A DNA stretch of 64,000 nt from Camelus ferus (taxonomy: Eukaryota), in the NCBI RefSeq assembly GCF_009834535.1, contig NC_045697.1:47742001-47806000 (forward strand), in the 5' to 3' direction. The number at the start of each line of letters is the position of its first letter. Position 1 is the first letter of the stretch. The notes under the pieces were generated by a model, which did no database searches, had not been told where the DNA came from, and was given only the letters and a program-made list of their open reading frames with translations. This document shows positions 54,693 to 64,000 of this stretch, piece by piece. The translations under genes were made by a program, and so were the position numbers.

Positions 54693-55737
54693 ATGGGAGA
54701 AAATATTTGCAAGCGATATGACCCTTAATGGGTTAATATCCAAAACGTATAAACAGCTCATACAACTCAACATCAAAAAATAAACAACTGGATTTAAAAA
54801 TGGGCAAAAGACATAAATAGACATTTTTCTAAAGATGACATACAGATGGCTATTAGGCACATAAAAAGATGCTCAGCATCACTAATTATTACAGAAATGC
54901 AAATCAAAACCACAATGAGATACCACCTGACACCTGTCAGAATGACTATCACCAATCAACAAATAAATGTTAGCAAAGATGTGGAGGAAAGGGAACCCTT
55001 GTACATTGTTGGTGGGAACACAAATTGGTGCAGCCACTGTGGAAAACAGTGTGGAGCTTCCTCAAGAAACTAAAAATAGAACTACCATATGATGCAAGAA
55101 TCCACTCCTAGGTATATATCTGAAAAAAAGAAACACTAATTCAAAGATACATGCATACCAATGTTCACAAGTAGCATTATTTATAACAGCTAAGACATGG
55201 AAGCAACTCAAGTGTCCATCAACAGATGAATGGATAAATAAAATGTGGCATATATATATACAATGGGATATTACTCAGTTATAAAAAGAATGGAATTCGG
55301 CCACTTGCAACAACGTGGATGGACCTAGAGAGTATTATGCTTAATGAACTAAGACAGAGAAAGACAAAAACTATATTGTTATCACTTATATGTGAAATCT
55401 TAAAAATAAAACAAACAAATGTATATAACAAAACAGAAACAGTCTCACAGATGTAGAAAAAAACTAGTGGATACCAGTGGGGAGAGGTAAGGTATAGGGG
55501 CAAGACAGGGGCTTGGGATTAAGAAATATAAACTACTATGTATAAAATAGATAAGCAATAAGGATACATTGTACAGCACAGGGAAACAAATAATCTATAA
55601 AAATATCAAATCACTATGCTGTACACCTGAAACTAATACATTTTAAATCAACTATATTTCAATACATACATACATACATACATACATAAAATTGAAAACC
55701 CAAACCCCCCAAAAATTTAAAATAATAATAATAATAT
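54693..55737 (+). mobile_element. 5'-truncated L1 (ORF2 C-terminus and 3' UTR), cetartiodactyl/laurasiatherian type
   Basis: ORF2 remnant [28 protein letters not shown] target; TSD aaaatttcccattaat (54677-54692) / aatatctcccattaat (55738-55753). Confidence 0.92.
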
Positions 55738-55917
55738 AATATCTCCCATTAATAAAGCATTCCTGTTTCTCCTGAGGTTTCCATCTTGTGAAGGCATATC
55801 GCCTTACAATGCCAGGGCTGTCTTATCCCTGGGAAGCTGGTATGATTGAGCTAACTAGTAAATTTAAAAGAGTAACTGGTCGTGCTTGACTCAGTTTTGT
55901 CTTCCTCCCTCTTCTAG

Positions 55918-55941
55918 GAAGCAAACCTTTCAACCAAGAAC
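55918..55941 (+). other. Microexon-like 24-nt unit
   Basis: cttgac branch, ttttgtcttcctccctcttctag|GAAGCAAACCTTTCAACCAAGAAC|gtaagt; open in all three frames. Confidence 0.3.
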
Positions 55942-56159
55942 GTAAGTTTTCTTTTGCTACTTCAAACAGTAATTCTTACCTGAGCAGTTCCCCCAGGAAA
56001 GTTCTGTCTGTGATGCCTGGTCTGCTGGATTGTGAGGGTTTGGAATCAGTAAGCCTATTTGGCTATGAAAATTAAAGCTATATCCCCCACTTTAGCTTCA
56101 CTGATTAAAAAATTAAAAGGTGATATTTTTAATTCTATACTTATTCTTTGTTTCAGAGC

Positions 56160-56395
56160 TGGGGAGGAGAAGAGTTCTTTCAAGCACCCAAAACTTAGTA
56201 AACTTCCATGCATATCTCATTGCCCACAACTAGGTCATATTCTGACCCCTAAATCAATCCCAGCAAGGGAATATAAACTTCCTAATTAGCTTGCAACTAG
56301 GATTTACACAAGTCATGTGGGAAATGGGTGGGAACTGGAAAAAAAATTAGGACTTTGCCAGTAAAGAAAAGGAGAAAAGGGGCTGTTGAGTAGAG
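56160..56395 (-). mobile_element. Old MaLR LTR (MLT1K/L-like), right part
   Basis: aaacttccatgcatatctcattgcccacaactaggtcatattctgacccctaaatcaatcccagcaagggaat...aaaattaggactttgccagtaaag. Confidence 0.6.
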
Positions 56396-58811
56396 AACCT
56401 AGGATTTATAGCTCCTACCTTTTAGATCACATGGAAGTTGATCAATAAATATCTGGAATTCAGATGGATCACCACTACTAAATACACCCACAGCAAACAT
56501 GAGGAGGAGAGGGTTCTTCTAAGTCACTAACTTCAGGCTAGGATTTTTTTCTGTTTCTGTTCTCTCATCTCTTAGATCAAATCCCCTCTAGATTATAGGG
56601 AAACTCAGTACAGTAAGAGCACCAAAGAATAAGTATATCTGTTAATAATTCTCTCCCACTCACTATTACAAAACCATTTCAAGAATGTAAGGTACAAAAA
56701 ACTATGAAATCTGCTCTCCAGTGTAGACACCCTCCTCTCCCCAACCCCTCCCACACCCATTCAATTTCCCCTTGGAAGAAAAGAATGACATAAATTTAAT
56801 AAGTAACCAATCTTGGGAGCTGTCAGGAAGGAACTCACAGGTCATGGCCCAAACTCAAGCATCTCCTGGGTATTAACAATAAACTCTCTTACTATGAAAG
56901 CTTTTGCCTTCCTTCTTCCTTTCACTTAGTTTATAAACTCTGGGAAACTAAGAAATTATTGCTAAAAAGAATTTGGCTGGCATACCAGAGGCTATGTACT
57001 TATTTTACATGAAACTGCTCAGATTTTTAAAAATTATTTTGTGCTGATTTTATATTTAAGTGCCCCTTCCTGTCACAGAAGCAAAATGCCATCCATATGA
57101 AACTTTCAAAGCCAACTTTTCTTCAGAAACTTGCCATTCAAATTCTAAGAAAACAGGGGCTGGCTTAATTTGTAACTGTCATTGGCTATTTATATATTAT
57201 CTTTTCCCTTAGTAAGCAGAGGGCTTTAAAAAGTAAGTAACTCTAACAAGATAACATCATAAGGTGTCATCAGTGAGTGACAGTTCTCTTCTAGGGGATA
57301 TATACATACACATATGTAAATGTATATGTATAAAATAAACATGTATATATACACATATATTTTGTGGTTATAAACAGACAAATGAAGGAAAGTAGGTATC
57401 AGATTGTAAGGCAATGTGGAGCAAAAATGACACAAACTTAAAAAAAAAAAAAGTGTGTGGAATGTATGGTCTGACCAGAAAATTAAGATATATGATCATG
57501 CAAAGCATATTTTGAACAAATTAATATGGCTGCCATGCTCAGCTGCATCTTCTAAATTCAAAACAAAGCATGAGAAATGTGTTTGTTAACTTAAAACATC
57601 TGTTCTTACCACAAGAATATGAATAAGAACGAAAATGCATAGGATTATTCATCAATAAAAGCACAAAATCTCTTGTGTTATTCTTCTCACACAATTATTC
57701 TCAGAAGATATGAATTCTTAGAAGAGGAACGGCGGGCAATTTATAAAAACCCAGCAAAGAAACAAGAATCATCTGAGGCATGTAGAGCCCAGTTCTCACC
57801 GCCTGTTATCCAAAGGTACAAAATTGGTCCCTTTGAAGAAATGCACAGGAGAAATCTTCGTTGTATACTCTGAAGTAAGGAGATTTTCTCACGCCCTCTA
57901 AGGGCTTCCTTAAGGCAGAAACACACAGCTCTAATCTTCAGTCCACACAAGTCAGAACCCACATTAGAAAGGCTTTTGGAAATCATCTAGACCAAGCCAC
58001 CATTATCTCATTTATGATACTGGCTGTCCAGTCTCCACTTGAATACCTCTAGTTAAAGGAAGCTCATTACTTCTCAAAATTTATTCCAGCACCTAGCACA
58101 GTGATGATGTGCTGCTGATTTTCTGCAAAAAAAAAAAATTAGTTTCTACCTCAGAATAATTACATTTTAATAAAGAGTAGCCCCCCACTTAAAAACATAT
58201 CACTCAGTATTTAAAAATAAATGAAGAATCCTTAAAAAATGATGAATTCTTGTTATACTATAATGGAGAACAGTGATAGCCTACAATACCCAATATTAAG
58301 GAAATTAAGGAATAGCTGGTTTTATTAATTCCCTTCTGAATATGCCCACAAGATGCCAAGTACTCCCCCGACTGCTGACAAGTTCAGGGTGTTTAAAAGC
58401 AGCTGACCAAGAAAGATTCATGAAGTGTTTAGTGGGGACTTTGAGCACTTAATAGGGAAAGCTTCCCAATTCTCTTCATTTTTCTTCCCCATAAAAACTC
58501 TTGAGCTTGTTGATGAACACCAGCACTGACACCAAGCTGAGACATTTTCATTTCTGTGGGCTACCTCTCTTGTGTTATGGTTTGAAGTAAAAGAAAATAA
58601 TGCTATATAGCACAGCAACTTTTGAAAAGAACACCAGCACTGAAGAGCTCTAATTATCTCCTTTAAACCACCTTAATTTTAATTCATAAGGTTTACAGAT
58701 TAGACTAGACATTTTCCATTTTTTTCCACCACAATATACAGTGAGTAACACTCCCAGGAATATATCAAACTTTGACAAAACACCAAAGATATTTTGTAAA
58801 AATTTTAATAG

Positions 58812-60377
58812 ACGCAAATCAAACCCACAATGAAATATTACCTCAAAACTGTTAAAATGACTATTATCAAAAAGACAAAAAGACAAAAATACAAGTGTGG
58901 ACAAGGATGTGGAGAAAAAGGACCTCTTATACACTGCTGGTGAGGATGTAAACTGCTGCAACCATTATGGAAAACAGTATGGAGGGTCCTCAAAAAAATT
59001 AAAAATAGAATTACTTTATGATCCAGCAATCCCACTCTGGGCATATGTCGAAAAAAATGAAATCAGGATCTTGAAGAGATATCTGCACTCCTATGTTCAA
59101 ATAGCACTATTCCCAATAACCAAGATATGGAAAGAGCCTAAATCAACAGAAGAATGGATAAAGAAAATGTGAGATATATATATATTTTGTCTATATCTAT
59201 ACAGCCTTAAAAAAGAATGAAATCCTGTCATTTGCAACAACATACGTGGACCTGAAGGACAGAATGCTCAGTGAAATAAGCCAGATGCAGAAAGACAAAT
59301 ACTGCATGATCACACTTATATGTGGAATCTTAAATAGTTACAGTCATGGAACAGAGAGTAGAATGGTTGACAGGAGGTAGGGGGAAAAGGAGGGGGAGAT
59401 GTTAGTCAAGGGGTACAAGGTTTCACTTATGCAAGACAAATAAGTTCTGGGGATCTACTGTACAACAATGTGACTGTAACTAACAATACTGCACTATATA
59501 CTTGAAAGTTGCTAAGAGAGTAGATCTTAAGTGTTCTCACTACGAAAGGAAGGAAGGAGCAATCCCACTTTTGGGTATATATTTGGAGGAACTCTAATTC
59601 AAAAAGAGACATACACCCCAGTGTTCATAGCAACATTATATACAATAGCCAAGACATGAAAACAACCTAAAGGTCCATCAACAGTTGACTGGATAAAGAA
59701 GGTGTGGTATATTTATATAATGGAATACTACTCAGCCATAAAAAGAATACAATAATGCCATTTGCAGCAACATGGATGGACCCAGAGATCATTCAAAGTG
59801 AAATAAGCCAGAAAGAAAGAATACCATATGACATCACTCTTATATGGAATCTAAAAAAAGAAGAATAAAAGGACTATGAACTCATCTACAAAACAGAAAC
59901 AGAATCACAGATACAATAAACAATCTTATGGTTATTGGGAAAAGGGGTAGGAAGGAATAAATTTGGGAGTTTGAGATTTACAAATGTTAGCCATATATAA
60001 AAATAGCTATATATAAAAACAGATTTTACAAAAAAGGTTCTCCTCTACAGCACAGAGAACTATGTTCAATATCTTGTCATAACCTTTAATGAAAAAGAAT
60101 ATGAAAATGAATATATGTATGTATATGCATGACTGGGACATTTTGCTGTACACCAGAAATTAACACATTGTAACTGACTGTACTTCAATTTTAAAAAAGG
60201 AAGGAAGGAAGGATGGAAGGAAGGAAATAATAACTAAGTGAGGTGATGGAAATGTTTATTAGTTTGATTGTAGTGATTATTTCACAACATATACATATAT
60301 CAAATCATCAAGTTGTACGTCTTAAATATAAATAGTTTTTACTTATCAATTACACCTCAACAAAGCTGGGAAAAAAT
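58812..60377 (+). mobile_element. L1MA-class element (L1MA8/9-like) split by a younger L1
   Basis: ORF2 end to ...gctaagagagtagatcttaagtgttctcactac at 59543; resumes taactaagtgaggtgatgg...caattacacctcaacaaagctgg at 60230-60370. Confidence 0.88.
59558..60195 (+). mobile_element. Young camelid-type L1 3' portion nested in L1MA
   Basis: Same 3' UTR type as 29300 (gactgggacattttgctgtacaccagaaattaacacattgtaactgactgtacttcaat); flanked by aaaggaaggaagg at 59545-59557 and 60196-60208. Confidence 0.9.
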
Positions 60378-60671
60378 GTAAGAGAATATGTAGGACTGAT
60401 TGCAGGTGAGAGCTCAGCTGTAACTCCATCCCTTCTCTTTCATGTGAGAAAACATATCAAGCAATATGGGAAGAGTAGTGTTGTAATAATTATACATGTA
60501 TGTATATACGTATAAAGTAATTATATACACAAACAGCAAACTCAGGTACTTTAACAAATTTCTTGTGACTTTCCTCAGACTGCTAACAACAGGACAGTGA
60601 GGGTAAAAACCACCCTTGAGACTAAAATTCAAGCTTAAGTATTAGAGTAAGTTAAGAATTTTAAAGCCCTA

Positions 60672-62293
60672 CCTATCAAATTACCCAGGACATATTTCAC
60701 AGAACTAGAACAAATCATAATAAAATTTATATGGAACCATCAAAGACCTAGAATTGCCAAAGCATTACTGAAGAGAAAGAAAGAGGCTGGAGGAATAACT
60801 CTCCCAGACTTCAGACAATACTATAGAGCTACAGTCATCAAGACAGCATGGTATTGGTACCAAAACAGACATATAGACCAATGGAACAGAACAGAGAGCC
60901 CAGAAATGAACCCACAAACTTTTGGTCAACTAATCTTCGACAAAGGAGGCAAGAATATACAATGGAATAAAGACAGCAAATGGTGTTGGGAAAACTGGAC
61001 AGCAGCATGTAAAACAATGAAGCCAGAACACTCCCTACACCATACACAAAAATCAACTCAAAATGGATCAAAGACTTAAACATAAGACAAAATACAATAA
61101 ACCTCCTAGAAGAAAATATAGGCAAAACATTATCTGACATACATCTCAAAAATGTTCTCCTAGAACAGTCTACTCAAGCATTAGAAATAAAAGTAAGAAT
61201 AAACAAATGGGACTTAATGAAAATTACAAGCTTCTGCACAGCAAAGGAAACCATAAGTAAAACAAAACAACAACCTACGGAATGGGAAAAAATTTTTGCA
61301 AATTAAACCAACAAAGGCTTGATCTCTAGAATATATAAGCAGCTCATATGACTTAATAAGAAAGAAATAAACAACCCAATCCAAAAATGGGCTGAAGACC
61401 TAAACAAGCAATTCTCCAAGGAAGACATACACATGATCAATAGGCATATTAAAAAATGCTCACTATCACTAATTATCAGAGAAATGCAAATCAAAACTAC
61501 AATGAGGTATCACCTCACACCAGTCAGAATGGCCATCATTCAAAAATCCACAAATGACAAATGCTGGAGAGGCTGTGGAGAAAAGGGAACCCTCCTACAC
61601 TGCTGGTGGGAATGCAGTTTGGTGCAGCCACTGTGGAAAACAGTATGGAGATTCCTCAAAAGACTAGGAATAGACTTACCATATGACCCAGGAATCCCAC
61701 TCCTGGGCATATACCCAGAAGGAACCCTACTTCAAAATGACACCTGCACCCCAATGTTCATAGCAGCACTATTTACTATAGCCAACACATGGAAACAGCC
61801 TAAATGTCCATCAACAAATGACTGGATAAAGAAGAAGTGGTATATTTATACAATGGAATACTATTCAGCCATAAAAACTGACAATGCCATTTGCAGCAAC
61901 ATGGATGCTCCTGGGGAATGTCATTCTAAGTGAAGTAAGCCAGAAAGAGAAAGAAAAATACCATATGAGATCGCTCATATGTGGAATCTAAAACAAACAA
62001 ACAAACAAACAAAGCATAAATATAAAACAGAAACAGATTCATAGACATAGAATACAAACTTGTGGTTGCCAAGGGGGTGGGAAGGGACAGATGGGGATTT
62101 CAAAATTGTAGAATAGATAAATAAGATTATACTGTATAGCACAGGGAAATATATACAAGATCTTATGGTATCTCACAGAGAAAAAAATGTGACAATGAAT
62201 ATATGTATGTTCATGTATAACTGAAAAATTGTGCTCTACACCGGAATTTGACTTTGTAAAATGATTATAAATCAATAAAAAATGTTTAAAAAA
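60672..62293 (+). mobile_element. Youngest L1 in the window, 5'-truncated, ~1.6 kb, camelid-like
   Basis: Perfect 18-bp TSD aagaattttaaagcccta (60654-60671, 62294-62311); AATAAA and A tail; ORF2 C-terminus. Confidence 0.95.
61433..61933 (+). pseudogene. L1 ORF2p C-terminal remnant (cysteine-rich region), disrupted
   Basis: [23 protein letters not shown]...[18 protein letters not shown]...[13 protein letters not shown]...[13 protein letters not shown]; upstream stops/frameshifts and a frameshifted end. Confidence 0.93.
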
Positions 62294-62314
62294 AAGAATT
62301 TTAAAGCCCTAGAG

Positions 62315-62528
62315 CTGCACAGCCCAATACAGTAGCCACAACCCACATGTGGCTGTTTACATCTTAATCTTAATTAATTAACATTCTGCAAAATCTAAGT
62401 TCAGTGCCTCAGTGTCACTAGCCAGATCTCAAGTGCTCAATAGTTCCATGTGGTTCATGGCTACCATACTGGACAACGCAGCTCTGGAACATTTCCATCA
62501 CACACAGAGTTCCATTGGCTAGCACTGT
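62315..62528. mobile_element. MER3-like Charlie MITE
   Basis: cccaatacagtagccacaacccacatgtggctgttt...tcaagtgctcaatag...ggctaccatactggacaacgcag...gaacatttccatca. Confidence 0.85.
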
Positions 62529-62549
62529 GCTAAGGAATCTTGGAGAGGA

Positions 62550-62940
62550 TCTACTCCAACTCTCTCATATTACAAATTTAGAAACTAAGACCTCGTTTCA
62601 TTCAAGTGACTTACTCAATACCACACAACTAGTAATTACAGAGCCAGGACCCAAACCAAGAAACAGCCTGGCTTCCATTACGCAGTCATGTCCACTTCGA
62701 CATCTTGTTGCCACCTAGGAGATGTGAGCGTCTGTTCCCTGCCCAGCACAGTTCTGGGTTCTTTCCCAGGCGCGCTCTCAGGTAGTCCTCACATCAACCC
62801 TATGAGGAATATAATCCCCACTATATAGATGACGAAACTGGGACTCGGCTGTTTAAAGTATCATATCTGAGGCCACATAGCAATTATGGAGCAAAACCAA
62901 GATTTAAATTCCAAAGCCTGGATCTTTCTACCACACTATA
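62550..62940 (-). mobile_element. Two MIR fragments
   Basis: aagtgacttactcaataccacacaactagtaa; tcctcacatcaaccctatgagg...tagatgacgaaactggg. Confidence 0.7.
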
Positions 62941-64000
62941 CAATATATAATGAACACTCCACATTTTAATTCTTCTTGAAAACTTTTTCTTCCTTTCAAA
63001 TGTGCTGAAAGTCAGTGCCCCACTTTGCTCACTCTGTCAGCATTTGTGAACAAAAGTATTTCAAGGAGGACAATCCCAACACTCAACACTTTTGATCCAG
63101 GGGAGAAGAGTCGCCGTGTCCACCTTTGCCAAGCGTAACTGCTTCAGAGCAACAATAACAGCAGCTGACCTTGCCTGCAGGTCACAAGCACTGGGCTAAG
63201 TGCTTCCCACCGACCTCCTCTGCCCTTCATAACAACTCGATGGAGTAAATCGTTCCTCACACTTCACAGACATAAAAACGGAAGAGGCCAACCATCCACC
63301 CCCAGGAAGAACCTATAAAGGAGAATTGTTGGCTCGTGGTGATGCCACAGGCAAGTGAAATTCTTTTTACTCAATATAGATAGAAAAAAAAAAACAGGAG
63401 ATAAGTGAAAACTTTGAAATTTAAAAATAAAATCTATTTTCTGCCTCGCACTTGAAGCTCCTGTCACAGTTAAATATATTAACTAAGTCGTTTCCCTCTG
63501 ATGGATTCCTGATTTAATACAGTCACACTGTCTCTCCCACCAGGGCTGACTTTAGAGAAAGTCCTGCGAGCCCAGTGGTATTGCAGGGTAAGAAACACAC
63601 CCCCAAACTGATGACACAGTGTTTCTAAAGGCAGAGGAGCTTCCTGGGTATTTTAAGTCCCTTCTGGTAATTTCTGACCTGAGAAAGGCAGGAAAGACAG
63701 TGTTAAAACAAGGGACAACTGAAGTCAGTTCACAACTGAGAGATGCTTACATGGAGCTTAGAACCAAATTACCCCAGAGTGTCACCACAAGTCCACAGAG
63801 CTGTCAAAAGTTGGGAAAGATGACACGTTGTTGGGGATGTGTGTGGGTACATGTATGTAATACAGCATGTATTATATATTAAGATGGAGTGATCCCTCAA
63901 CGTTCTCTGCGTTGTGTGGTGACTTCAGTGCGCACTAGGGCAGGAGAGCCTCAGCTAAATGGAAAGGGGTTAGCCAGGGACAGCTGGCTTTGCAGAAGGT

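Noticed and set aside
61433..61933. 166-aa ORF as a host gene (also ORFs at 44373, 54846 and 58897)
   Set aside because: These are L1 ORF2 C-terminal remnants of truncated, disrupted elements
1..64000. CRISPR arrays, tRNA/rRNA/snoRNA genes, prokaryotic-style operons, intact ERV or viral genes
   Set aside because: None seen; the content is ordinary mammalian repeat-rich non-coding DNA

Overview
Mammalian non-coding DNA, AT-rich and CpG-depleted, with a large fraction of transposon relics. Old eutherian-wide elements include MIR, L2, L1M/HAL1, MaLR LTRs, MER82, MER45A, MER5, MER3 and Charlie. On top of these are several younger 5'-truncated L1 copies whose 3' UTRs resemble cetartiodactyl, probably camelid, L1s. 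I saw no Alu, B1/B2, Bov-tA/BovB, PRE1, CHR or SINEC copies. I recognise no host protein-coding exon, RNA gene or CRISPR array; the long ORFs are L1 ORF2 remnants, repeat-derived or low-complexity. Most L1s lie on the + strand and several exon-like units with canonical splice sites lie on the - strand. This suggests the intronic or 5'-UTR part of a large minus-strand transcription unit that I could not identify. The most unusual items are a ~138-bp insertion made only of an L1 5' end with target-site duplications (12851-12988) and a ~400-bp non-repeat island with a canonical 24-nt microexon signature inside an old LTR (55754-56155). Family names come from recall of consensus sequences, not from a search. 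Boundaries without TSDs are approximate. I found no convincing novel biological system.
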